Shown: in pieces, positions 17,460 through 25,845 of the stretch
How the letters are laid out: every line of letters starts with the position of its first letter
Numbering within the stretch: position 1 is the stretch's first letter
Origin: Polyangiales bacterium
GTDB taxonomy: Bacteria; Myxococcota_A; Polyangia; Polyangiales; Polyangiaceae
Length of the DNA: 64,000 bases
Reading direction: 5' to 3'
Assembly: GCA_038230375.1 (NCBI GenBank)
Contig: JBBRNJ010000011.1
Location: forward strand, 73,819 to 137,818
Program-made: the position numbers and the translations under genes
The notes under the pieces: generated by a model
What the model saw: the letters and a program-made list of their open reading frames with translations, nothing else
What the model was told of the DNA's origin: nothing
The model's database searches: none

Positions 17460-17933
17460 GTGATCCGCATTGTCACCATCACAGTCAGTGACACCCGCAC
17501 CCCGGAAACGGACGAGTCTGGCCGGGTCCTGGGCGAGGAGCTATCGGCCTTTCAGCTCGTCCGTCACGAGATCGTGAAGGACGATCCCCCGAAAATCGCG
17601 GCCCTTGTGGTCGGGATCGCGAAGAACCACGAGGCCGATGCCGTCATCCTCTCGGGCGGCACGGGCATCGCCCCGCGGGACCAGACCATGGACGCCCTGG
17701 CCAAGCTGTTCGACCGCGAGCTGCCCGGCTTCGGCGAAGCCTTCCGCCGCCTCTCATGGGACGAGATCGGGCCCAGGGCCATCCTTTCGCGCGCCGCCGC
17801 CGGCATCGTCAACGGCTGCCTCGTGTTCGCGCTTCCGGGAAGCTCCAAGGCAGCGAGGCTCGGAGCCCGCGCGCTCATCGCGCCGATCCTCCCGCACGCC
17901 GTCGACCTGGTCGCAGGGAAGACCGGCCACTGA
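17460..17933 (+). CDS. moaB: MogA/MoaB molybdopterin adenylyltransferase family protein
   Basis: TITVSDTRT..TDESG, GGTGIAPRD.T, LPGFGEAFR, LSRA.AG, LPGS. Confidence 0.88.
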   Translation: MIRIVTITVSDTRTPETDESGRVLGEELSAFQLVRHEIVKDDPPKIAALVVGIAKNHEADAVILSGGTGIAPRDQTMDALAKLFDRELPGFGEAFRRLSWDEIGPRAILSRAAAGIVNGCLVFALPGSSKAARLGARALIAPILPHAVDLVAGKTGH

Positions 17934-18181
17934 TGCAGGTCACGCTCCTCTTCTTCGCGGCCGTGCGAGAGCTCGTCACCGAGGACGAAGTGAAGGTGGA
18001 GCTCCCCGCCGATGTATGTACAGTACAACAATTGGCGACGTGGCTGGAGGCGCGCTTCCCCGCGCTGCAAGGCCGCATGAAGAGCGTCCGCCTGGCAAGA
18101 AATGAAGCCTTCGCGGAGCCCACCGAGCCCCTCGAAGACGGTGACGTGATCGCCCTGATTCCACCCGTGGCCGGGGGCTAG
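17933..18181 (+). CDS. moaD: Molybdopterin synthase sulfur carrier subunit
   Basis: LLFFAAVRE...LEDGDVIALIPPVAGG with C-terminal GG; TGATG coupling. Confidence 0.93.
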   Translation: MQVTLLFFAAVRELVTEDEVKVELPADVCTVQQLATWLEARFPALQGRMKSVRLARNEAFAEPTEPLEDGDVIALIPPVAGG

Positions 18182-18270
18182 AGGTCGAGGTCGAGGTCGA
18201 GGTCGAGGTCGAAGTCGAGGTCGAGGTCGAGGTCGAGGTCGAGGTCGAGGTCGAGGTCGAGGTCGAAGTC
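18181..18270. repeat. Hexamer tandem repeat (GAGGTC)15 with two GAAGTC variants
   Basis: Read directly; fills almost the whole gap between the convergent moaD and moaE stop codons. Confidence 0.97.
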
Positions 18271-18273
18271 GCT

Positions 18274-18750
18274 TCAGTGCTTGTGGCCGTGGTGGCCGTG
18301 GTCGTCTTCGCATCTTGCGTCGACCCACCCGACCCACGCGGCGCCGTCGGGTCCTGTCTCTCTCTTCCAGATCGGGACGCGCGACTTGATGCGGTCGATG
18401 AGGGCCCGGCATGCGACGAATGCTTCGTGACGGTGGGGTGCGCTCGCGGCGCAGACGATCGCGATGTCGCCCACGCGCAGCAGCCCGAGCCGATGAAGCG
18501 CTGCGACCTTCGTGCCGGGGAGCTCCGCGGCAAGCTCGCTCGCGATGCGGCCCATCTCCTTCACGGCCATCTGTGCGTACGCGCTGTACTCCAGCGTCGC
18601 GACCTCGCGCCCTTCGTTCTCCATGCGCACCGCGCCCACGAAGACGGAGATGGCGCCGGCTCCGTCGTGGCTCACGAATCCCACGGCCTCGTCCAGGCCC
18701 ACGGGCGCGGGCCGAAGCGCAACCCAGTGCGTCAGCGCTCTCTGTTCCAC
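18274..18750 (-). CDS. moaE: Molybdopterin synthase catalytic subunit with His-rich tail
   Basis: GAISVFVGAVR, LEYSAY, HRLG.L.VG, SAPHR..AF, PIWKRE; GTG at 18750. Confidence 0.92.
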   Translation of the reverse strand: MEQRALTHWVALRPAPVGLDEAVGFVSHDGAGAISVFVGAVRMENEGREVATLEYSAYAQMAVKEMGRIASELAAELPGTKVAALHRLGLLRVGDIAIVCAASAPHRHEAFVACRALIDRIKSRVPIWKRETGPDGAAWVGWVDARCEDDHGHHGHKH

Positions 18751-19238
18751 GTGCCGCTCCTTCCGCCGCTCTTGTGGTCCAGGCCGATCGTGATCGTCAT
18801 CCCGCGGTCCACCGCCTTCAGCATGTCGTAGACGGTGAGCGCGGCGACGCTCGCGGCCGTCAGCGCTTCCATCTCCACACCGGTCCTGTCTCGCGCCTCG
18901 CAGGTGGCGACGATCTCGAATGCGTCCTTCGCGATCGTCACCTCCACCGCCGTCTTCGTGAGCGCGATCGGATGACACAGCGGGATGAGGAAGGCCGCCT
19001 GTTTTGACGCAGAAATGCCGGCGATCCGGGCGATCTGCGCCACGTCGCCCTTCTTCGCGTCGCCCCGCCTTGCAAGGTCGAGCGTCGCCTTCGCGGCTGT
19101 CACACGTGCCCTCGCGACCGCTTGCCGCGTGGTCACGTCCTTGTCCGAGACCGACACCATCCGCGCGCGCCCGCGTGCGTCCAGGTGGGTGAGCGAAGGC
19201 TTCTCCGTCGCGGTCTTTTGGGTGGTCCTTTTCGCCAT
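18732..19238 (-). CDS. moaC: Cyclic pyranopterin monophosphate synthase
   Basis: LTHLD..GRARMV, KKGDV, LIPLCHP, TGVEMEALTA, YDMLKAVD, KSGG. Confidence 0.95.
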   Translation of the reverse strand: MAKRTTQKTATEKPSLTHLDARGRARMVSVSDKDVTTRQAVARARVTAAKATLDLARRGDAKKGDVAQIARIAGISASKQAAFLIPLCHPIALTKTAVEVTIAKDAFEIVATCEARDRTGVEMEALTAASVAALTVYDMLKAVDRGMTITIGLDHKSGGRSGTWNRER

Positions 19239-19342
19239 GGCACCCTGCAACATACCGCTACTGGAGGCGGAATTCGCTCGTATGATGAAGACTTCGAGGG
19301 GCGCGTGGCCGCTGCTTTGACTTATCCGAGGGAAGGGAACGC

Positions 19343-21778
19343 ATGAAACGAATCTTGTTCGCCTGCGCTGTCGTTTCGGTCGTGGCGGTGTCCGCGTGCT
19401 TCATCGACAACGGGGCGGCCACGCTCGCGCTCCCGGACGAGGGAGGCATCGGCGGTTCCACCCTTGGCGGCGTCGGCGCGAAGTGCGGCGATCTCACTCC
19501 ATGTCGCCCCGGCCTCACCTGCAACGCGATGGTGTGCGCGCCGGGGCACTCGCTCCAGGATGGCGCCGCGTGCGTGATCAGCGCGGAGTGCAAGACCGGC
19601 GACTACTGCGGACCGAAGCGCACGTGCGTCCCGGCCGGCATGGGCCCAGCGGGTTCTTCGTGTCACTCCGATGGTGATTGCGCCTCGGGCCTTCGTTGCA
19701 ACATCACCGGGCTCTCCGCCGTCTGCCAGCCAGAAGGCATGGGCGACGTGGGGGCCATGTGCAAGGTCAACGGCGACTGCTTCGGCGGCCTGTCGTGCAC
19801 CGGCGGCGCATGCACCCCGCTTCCGCCTTCGTCCGGTGGAGTGCCGCTCGTGGTGCCCACCTGGAAAGGTGTAGACTGCACCGAAGACACCTCGCAGGGG
19901 TCCATCGCGTACTTCCGCGTGCCGCGCGGCACGAAGGACGACGGCGACTTCTTCCGCCTGCCGTTTCCCAGCGACGTGCGCACCAAGGGAGGGCACCCGA
20001 GCCTCAAGAACTTCCCCTCCCCGGGCTCCGAGATCCTTGGCTACGACGTCGTCGACCGCTACGCGCGCTACGTGGAGACGGTCGCGGACGGCTACTACGC
20101 CTACACGTCGATGATCATGCGCTTCAACGAGGAGCCCGATCTGGGCACGCTGAGCGGCACCGGTGTCCTTCGCCTGGTCGACCTCACGGCAACGCAAGAC
20201 GTGGGCTTCCAGTGGTCCGCGACCACGGCGCGCAGCAACTACGTCTGCGCGAACTCGATCACCGCGCGTCCCCTCCTGGGTGCGCCGCTCGCGCCGGGCC
20301 ACACCTACGCCTTCCTCATGTCGAACGCCGTGAAGACGAAGGCCGGCAAGCCGTTCGGCCCATCGTCGGACTTCAAGGCCATGGTCGGCGCCGCTGCGCC
20401 CGCCGCGCCGCTCGATGTCCCGTATGCTTCGTTCAAGCCGCTGCGCGACTGGGCCGCTGCCAACAGCTACGATCTCACCAAGGCAATCAACGCGACGGTG
20501 TTCACGGTCGACAAGCCCGTGAACCTTGCGGCCGGTCTGCAGAAGGCCGTTGCCGCCGCCGCCGCGCCCGTCGCCACCAAGTGGATCAAGTGTGATGGTG
20601 TCGCGAAGTCTCCATGCGCCCAGGCAGACGGCGACCGCGCATGCCCCACCACGCTCGACCCTGCGTTCGACGAGCTCCACGCGCTCGTGTCGCTCCCGAT
20701 CTTCCAGAAGGGGACGGCGCCTTACCTGAACCCGACGGACGGCGGCGACCTCGCGCCGGACGGCAGCGGCGTTCCCGCGCTCCAGCGCACGGAGAGCGTC
20801 TGCATGTCGCTCACCATCCCGAAGGCGTTCCCCATGCCCGCGGCTGGCTGGCCCGTCGTCGTCTATGCGCATGGCACTGGCGGCAGCTTCCGCAGCGCCA
20901 TCAACGAGGGCGTCGCGAAGTCGCTCTCCAATATCGACACCATTGGCGGGCTCGCAGTCCTCGGGATCGACCAGGTCGAGCACGGACCGCGCCGCGGCTC
21001 CTCCACCGCCACGCCTGACGACCTGTTCTTCAACTTCACGAACCCCGCGGCCGCGCGCGGCAACCCGCTGCAGGGCGCCGCAGACCAGATGAGCCTGGTC
21101 CGCTTCGCGACGGGGTTCGATCTCGCAGCCGGCTCTTCGCCCACGACCGCGGAGATCAAGTTCGGCCCCGTCCTCTTCTGGGGACACTCGCAGGGCGCGA
21201 CCGAAGGTGGCATCGCCATGCCCTACACCGCAGGCGTCGCAGGCGTTTTGCTCTCTGGCGAAGGCGGAAGCCTCATCGACGGTCTGCTCGGCAAGCGCAG
21301 CCCGGTCGACATCGCGGACGTGCTCCCGTTCGTGCTGGAGGACACCAACATGAACGAAGGGCATCCCGTGCTCTCGCTCCTTCAGAACGCGATCGACCCG
21401 GCCGATCCGCTGAACCACGCCAGCGCCATGGCAGCCACACCCATCGCGATGGGCGCGGGCAAGAACATCTTCATGATCTACGGCCAGAAGGACACGTACG
21501 CGCCGAACATCACGCAGAACGTCTACGCGGTTGCCGCCGCGCTCGGCCAGGTCGCCGCGCAGAACCTGAGCTCGCCCGACAAGATCGGTGATGGGTCGAC
21601 CAAGCCCGCGCCCTACGGCGGCAACGTTGGAACGCTCACCGCGGTGACGCGTCAGTATGCGCCGGGCCTCTACGACGGCCACTTCGTCGCTTTCAAGAAC
21701 GTGGACGCCCAGCGCGACCTGGCGCATTTCCTCTTCGACGCAGCGCAGGGGACCTCACCTATCCAGGTCGGGCGATGA
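19343..21778 (+). CDS. Lipoprotein: Cys-rich repeats + Pla-1/VolA-like alpha/beta hydrolase
   Basis: Lipobox VSAC; four Cys-rich repeats; LPFPSD, WPVVVYAHG, GIDQVEHG, GHSQG nucleophile, DPADPLNH, DGH. Confidence 0.75.
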   Translation: MKRILFACAVVSVVAVSACFIDNGAATLALPDEGGIGGSTLGGVGAKCGDLTPCRPGLTCNAMVCAPGHSLQDGAACVISAECKTGDYCGPKRTCVPAGMGPAGSSCHSDGDCASGLRCNITGLSAVCQPEGMGDVGAMCKVNGDCFGGLSCTGGACTPLPPSSGGVPLVVPTWKGVDCTEDTSQGSIAYFRVPRGTKDDGDFFRLPFPSDVRTKGGHPSLKNFPSPGSEILGYDVVDRYARYVETVADGYYAYTSMIMRFNEEPDLGTLSGTGVLRLVDLTATQDVGFQWSATTARSNYVCANSITARPLLGAPLAPGHTYAFLMSNAVKTKAGKPFGPSSDFKAMVGAAAPAAPLDVPYASFKPLRDWAAANSYDLTKAINATVFTVDKPVNLAAGLQKAVAAAAAPVATKWIKCDGVAKSPCAQADGDRACPTTLDPAFDELHALVSLPIFQKGTAPYLNPTDGGDLAPDGSGVPALQRTESVCMSLTIPKAFPMPAAGWPVVVYAHGTGGSFRSAINEGVAKSLSNIDTIGGLAVLGIDQVEHGPRRGSSTATPDDLFFNFTNPAAARGNPLQGAADQMSLVRFATGFDLAAGSSPTTAEIKFGPVLFWGHSQGATEGGIAMPYTAGVAGVLLSGEGGSLIDGLLGKRSPVDIADVLPFVLEDTNMNEGHPVLSLLQNAIDPADPLNHASAMAATPIAMGAGKNIFMIYGQKDTYAPNITQNVYAVAAALGQVAAQNLSSPDKIGDGSTKPAPYGGNVGTLTAVTRQYAPGLYDGHFVAFKNVDAQRDLAHFLFDAAQGTSPIQVGR

Positions 21779-22665
21779 CCGAGCCCATCCATGCCTGGCG
21801 CGCGCGAGGCGAGACCCTCCGCGTGCCGGACGGGGATGTGTTCGCGCTCTCTTGCGCGGGCGAGCCTGGCGCCGAGAAGCGCACGCCCGTCCTGGTCCTT
21901 CATGGCTTCCCCACGTCCAGCCACGACTTCGCGTCGGCCTTCGCGGAGGTGCCGGGCAGACGCTTCGTCACGCTGGATTTCCTGGGCTACGGCCTCTCCG
22001 ACAAGCCCGTGGGCTACGGCTATTCGCTCTTCGAACAGGCCGACCTGGTGCTCGCGGTGGTGAAGCACTTCAAGCTGACGCGCGTGCATGTCTGGGCGCA
22101 CGACATGGGTACCAGCGTTGCGACCGAGCTCTGCGCGCGGCGCGAAAGGGGGCTGCTCCCGTTCGAGATGAAGAGCCTCACGCTCATGAACGGCAGCGTC
22201 CACATCGAGCTCGCGCATCTCACCATCGGTCAGCGCGTGCTCAAGACGCCGCTCGGGCCGCTCTTTGCGAAGTGGAACTCGTACCGCGCGTTCTCTCTCC
22301 AGATGCACCGCATCTTCGGCAAGCCGGTCGCAGAGGACGACGTCCGCGCGATGTGGGAGCTCCTCGCGCGCGAGTCCGGCAAGGATCGCCTGCCGCAGCA
22401 AATCGGTTACACGACGGAGCGGTCGAAGTTCGCAGGCAGATGGATCGGCGCCCTGACCCGCCTCAACATCCCCACGATGATCGCGTGGGGAAAGAAGGAT
22501 CCCGTGGCGGTGATGGAAATCGCCGACAAGCTAGCCTCCGAGATCCCGAACGCAGAGCGCTTCACCTGGGAAGACCTGGGCCACTACCCACAGCTAGAAG
22601 ATCCAAAAACCGTCACCAGGACCCTGACGGGCTTCTGGGACCGCGTAGATCTGCCGAAGCTCTGA
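21775..22665 (+). CDS. Alpha/beta hydrolase (epoxide hydrolase/MEST-like)
   Basis: HGFPTSS, DFLGYGLSDKP, AHDMG Asp nucleophile, WGKKDP, GHYPQLE. Confidence 0.87.
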   Translation: MTEPIHAWRARGETLRVPDGDVFALSCAGEPGAEKRTPVLVLHGFPTSSHDFASAFAEVPGRRFVTLDFLGYGLSDKPVGYGYSLFEQADLVLAVVKHFKLTRVHVWAHDMGTSVATELCARRERGLLPFEMKSLTLMNGSVHIELAHLTIGQRVLKTPLGPLFAKWNSYRAFSLQMHRIFGKPVAEDDVRAMWELLARESGKDRLPQQIGYTTERSKFAGRWIGALTRLNIPTMIAWGKKDPVAVMEIADKLASEIPNAERFTWEDLGHYPQLEDPKTVTRTLTGFWDRVDLPKL

Positions 22666-22667
22666 CC

Positions 22668-23621
22668 TCAAACCGTCTCGTCGGTGAAGGCCATCACCCG
22701 GGCAATCTCTGTCGTCCCACAAGCCAGCGCGATCAACCGATCCAACCCGATCGCATTCCCTCCGCTGGGCGGCATCCCGTTCCGCAACGCCTCCACGAAC
22801 CGCGCATCGATCGGATAAGCAGGAAGCCCGCGCTTCTGCCGCTCCGCCTGGTCCGCAACGAATCGAGCCTCCTGCTCGTCCGCATCCGTGAGCTCTCCAA
22901 AGCCGTTGCACAGCTCGACGCCCGCGACGTACAGCTCGAAGCGCTCCGCGTACCTCGCGTCTTCGGGCTTCTTGCGCGCGAGCGACGCCTGCGTGGACGG
23001 GTAGTCGCAGAGGAACACGGCATGCGGCAGCGCAGCCAGCGCGGGCTCCACCGTGTCCACGAGCAGCCGGTAGAACGTGTCCTCGTCGCTCGTGGCAAGG
23101 CGGAGCATCTCGTCCTCACCGACGTTCGCGTAGCGCTCGTAGGCCTCGCGCACGGTCATGCGCGCGAAGGGCGGACGCGTGTCGATCGCCCGCTCCTCTC
23201 CCGGCGCCGGCAAGCGCACGCAGCCGCCAGTCACGCGCGCCACGAGCTGCTCGGTGTCACGCATCACGTCCTCCGCGCCCGCGTTGGCGCGGTAAAATTC
23301 AAGGATCGTGAACTCCGGGTTGTGACGGCTCCCGAGCTCGCCACGGCGGTAGGCGCGCCCGATCTGGTAGATGCGCGACATGCCCTCCGTCAGCAAGCGC
23401 TTCATCTGGTACTCGGGCGACGTGATGAGGTAGCGCGCCGCGCTGCGTGCGTTGGTCTCGAACGCGTCAAGATGCACGTCCAGGCCAGGGCAGGGGACCA
23501 GCGTGGGCGTATCCACGTGGACGAAGCCGCGCGACGCGAAGAACGCATGACAGCTCTCCACGATCCGCGCACGCGCCGCCAGCGTGGGGAGCCGCGCGGT
23601 CCGTGCTTCGGCCAGGCTCAC
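22668..23621 (-). CDS. epmA: EF-P lysine aminoacylase GenX/EpmA
   Basis: YLITSPEYQMKRLL, HNPEFTILEFY, AERFELYVAGVELCNGF, GMPPSGG.AIGLDRL; GTGA overlap with the upstream TetR gene. Confidence 0.92.
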   Translation of the reverse strand: MSLAEARTARLPTLAARARIVESCHAFFASRGFVHVDTPTLVPCPGLDVHLDAFETNARSAARYLITSPEYQMKRLLTEGMSRIYQIGRAYRRGELGSRHNPEFTILEFYRANAGAEDVMRDTEQLVARVTGGCVRLPAPGEERAIDTRPPFARMTVREAYERYANVGEDEMLRLATSDEDTFYRLLVDTVEPALAALPHAVFLCDYPSTQASLARKKPEDARYAERFELYVAGVELCNGFGELTDADEQEARFVADQAERQKRGLPAYPIDARFVEALRNGMPPSGGNAIGLDRLIALACGTTEIARVMAFTDETV

Positions 23622-24253
23622 GGCCGGAGCCCGCGGAGGAACAGGTCGGCGACCTGACCCGCGGAGCGCCGCAGCGCACCTTGCTCGGCGCGCCCCAGCG
23701 CCCACGTGAGCGCTACTCCGTCGAGCGCGCCAAAGGCAGCGCGCGCCACGAGGTGCGGCGAGACGTCGCGCCGGAACTCGCCGCTGGCCTGGCCGTCCTG
23801 GATGATGCGCGCGATCGAGTCCAGGTACGCCAGAAAACGCGGGTGCGCGTACTCCTTCATCAGCTTCGTGGACTGCCGCAGGATGACGGTGACGACCTCT
23901 GCAAGATCGCGCTCGCCCTCGAGCAGGCCAAGCTGCATCTCGATCACCGCGCGCAGTCGCTCCGGCGCCGTTGCGTGCTTCGCGAGCTCACCCTTCATGA
24001 AGGAGAGCAGCTTCTCCACGCGCGACTCGAACAAGGAGACGAGCAGATCCTCCTTCGACTTGAAGTAGAGGTAGATCGTCCCGTCGGCGACGCCCGCAGC
24101 CTTTGCCACCTCGCTCACGCGCGTCGCGTAGAAGCCGTTCTTCGCGAACACGCGAACGGCAGCGGACAGGATGCGCTCGCGCTTGTCGCCGCCGCGCTTC
24201 TTGCCGGGCTCCGACGCCGGAGTTTTCGCTGCCGTCCCGGCCTCGCCACGCAC
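23618..24253 (-). CDS. TetR-family regulator, FadR(YsiA)-like
   Basis: KRERILSAAVRVFAKNGFY..VSEVAKAAGVADGTIYLYFKSKEDLL; start placed at GTG 24253 (ATG 24328 is the alternative). Confidence 0.85.
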   Translation of the reverse strand: MRGEAGTAAKTPASEPGKKRGGDKRERILSAAVRVFAKNGFYATRVSEVAKAAGVADGTIYLYFKSKEDLLVSLFESRVEKLLSFMKGELAKHATAPERLRAVIEMQLGLLEGERDLAEVVTVILRQSTKLMKEYAHPRFLAYLDSIARIIQDGQASGEFRRDVSPHLVARAAFGALDGVALTWALGRAEQGALRRSAGQVADLFLRGLRP

Positions 24254-24307
24254 CGCCCGCTTCGCCTTCCCGCGCGCACGTGGGGACGGACGCTTGGTCC
24301 GAGCCGA

Positions 24308-24329
24308 ACTGAATGACGATTCAGTCATT
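24308..24329. promoter_or_regulatory. FadR(YsiA)-type palindromic operator TGAATGA-CGAT-TCAGTCA
   Basis: Overlapping inverted repeats ACTGAAT-N4-ATTCAGT and AATGAC-N6-GTCATT upstream of the TetR gene. Confidence 0.6.
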
Positions 24330-24374
24330 GCGATCGCATGCGTACCAGACCCCCGAATCGCCGTCTAGGAGCGC

Positions 24375-24638
24375 CTACCGGGTGGCGGCCAGGAGGAACA
24401 TTCGCTCGGCGAAGGCGGCCACGGTGTGGCCCATCCACGGACCCAGCACGACCAGCGCGGCGATCACGGCGAGCAGGCGCGGCAGGTGGGCGATGGTCGC
24501 GTCCTGGATCTGCGACGCCGCCTGGAACGCTGCGACGAGCGCACCAACGAGCGCAGCGATCGCGAGGACGGGCAGGGCGACCGCGAGCGAGAGAAGGATC
24601 GCCTCTTCGGCGTGCTCGACGAGGCTCTGCGGATCCAT
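24375..24638 (-). CDS. FliQ/SctS (EscS/YscS)-family type III export apparatus subunit, orphan
   Basis: 87 aa, two hydrophobic helices, LVAAFQAASQIQDATIAHLPRL, LGPWM. Confidence 0.85.
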   Translation of the reverse strand: MDPQSLVEHAEEAILLSLAVALPVLAIAALVGALVAAFQAASQIQDATIAHLPRLLAVIAALVVLGPWMGHTVAAFAERMFLLAATR

Positions 24639-25045
24639 CAGCCGGAGTCGGCTGCGTCCGTGATGGCGCTGTCGCTACCGCCGTCCGAACCGGAGTCGGT
24701 GCTGCTGGCGTCGCTGCCCGAGTCGGTGCCGCTGTCGGTGGTGAAGACACTGCCGTCGCCAGGCGCAGCTGCGTCCTGGTTCAGGGAGCTCGACGAGACG
24801 ATGCACGGTGTCACCGTGGACTGGCTCCGGTCGGCGGGGCAGCAGCGATCCGTGTCCGTACCCAGGTCCTTGGCGGCAGTGCAGATGAGCCCGTCGTTGC
24901 AGTCGCTATCGCCGCCGGAGATGCCGTTGTTCAGATCGCAACGCTCGCCTTCCTGCTGCTGCGAGCAGGACGTGGTGAGCACGAGCGCGAGCAGGCCGAT
25001 GGCCGCGATGACAACAAGGAAAGGACGAAGGCGGGGGTGCCGCAT
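24638..25045 (-). CDS. Cys-rich lipoprotein with Asp/Ser/Gly-rich tail
   Basis: Lipobox TTSC; EGERCD..DCNDGLIC..CCP; TGATG coupling to the sctS-like gene. Confidence 0.7.
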   Translation of the reverse strand: MRHPRLRPFLVVIAAIGLLALVLTTSCSQQQEGERCDLNNGISGGDSDCNDGLICTAAKDLGTDTDRCCPADRSQSTVTPCIVSSSSLNQDAAAPGDGSVFTTDSGTDSGSDASSTDSGSDGGSDSAITDAADSG

Positions 25046-25128
25046 GGCCCTGCTTTTGTCACGTTTCCACGGTGATGTCGATACTTAGTGCCAGTGCCGG
25101 TCCTCGCGCCGGTGGCGCCCACACGCCG

Positions 25129-25845
25129 TCAGCTGTCGTCCAGGTCTGCCTGCGACGGGCGCTCGCGGAGCTTCTTTTCCTTGGCCTGGACGGCCTCGGT
25201 GAAGAGCGAGACGTACTGGACGGCCGAGAACAGCGAGAAGCCGAGCGACAGGTAGACGAACGCGCGGCCCACGCGGATGAGGTCGATCGTGCCCAGGTCA
25301 AACCATGCATAGTGCATGGATGACACCCCGCCCAGCAGCAAGCCGGAGATGCCGATCATCTGGAAGGCCGTCTTCAGCTTTCCCTCTTGCCCTGCGGAGA
25401 TCACGACGCCCTCGGCCGCGGCCACGCTGCGGAGGCCCGTCACGGAGATCTCGCGCCCAAGGAGCAGGATCGTCGCCCACGCCGGGATGCGCCCCATGGG
25501 CACCAACCAGATGAGGCAGGCCATGACGATCAGCTTGTCCGCGAGCGGGTCCAGGAACTTCCCCAGCACGCTGACGACGCCCAGCTTGCGTGCAAGGTAG
25601 CCGTCCAGCATGTCCGTGAACGCCGCGAGCGTGAAGATCGCTGCGGACCAGAAGCAGCCTTCCTTGGTGCCCTTGTCCAGAAACCACAGGCACAACGGGA
25701 TCATGACGACGCGGCCCATCGTCAGGAGGTTCGGAAGGTTGAGCGCGTCCTCCGCGAGCGTGCGTCGCCGCGCGCGCTTCGCCGCGGGATCGCGCGCGGG
25801 CTTCGTCGGCTTGGGTAGTGCGGCGGACGACCGGGGAGCTGTCAT
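25129..25845 (-). CDS. pgsA: CDP-diacylglycerol--glycerol-3-phosphate 3-phosphatidyltransferase
   Basis: NLPNLLT, TDMLDGYLARK...GKFLDPLADK CDP-alcohol phosphotransferase motif, GKLKT. Confidence 0.93.
   Translation of the reverse strand: MTAPRSSAALPKPTKPARDPAAKRARRRTLAEDALNLPNLLTMGRVVMIPLCLWFLDKGTKEGCFWSAAIFTLAAFTDMLDGYLARKLGVVSVLGKFLDPLADKLIVMACLIWLVPMGRIPAWATILLLGREISVTGLRSVAAAEGVVISAGQEGKLKTAFQMIGISGLLLGGVSSMHYAWFDLGTIDLIRVGRAFVYLSLGFSLFSAVQYVSLFTEAVQAKEKKLRERPSQADLDDS

Noticed and set aside
17976..18533. ORFs containing poly(ST) or poly(RP) tracts
   Set aside because: Artefacts of reading through the GAGGTC repeat; they overlap moaD and moaE.
19322..21727. Long antisense ORFs (also 48625-50586, 57336-59951, 28589-30067, 38906-40303)
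   Set aside because: Shadow frames of real high-GC genes on the other strand; Arg/Ala-rich, with no motifs.
22520..22870. Atypical codon usage at the convergent 3' ends of the hydrolase and epmA
   Set aside because: Both frames remain intact and no repeat or mobile-element signature is visible.
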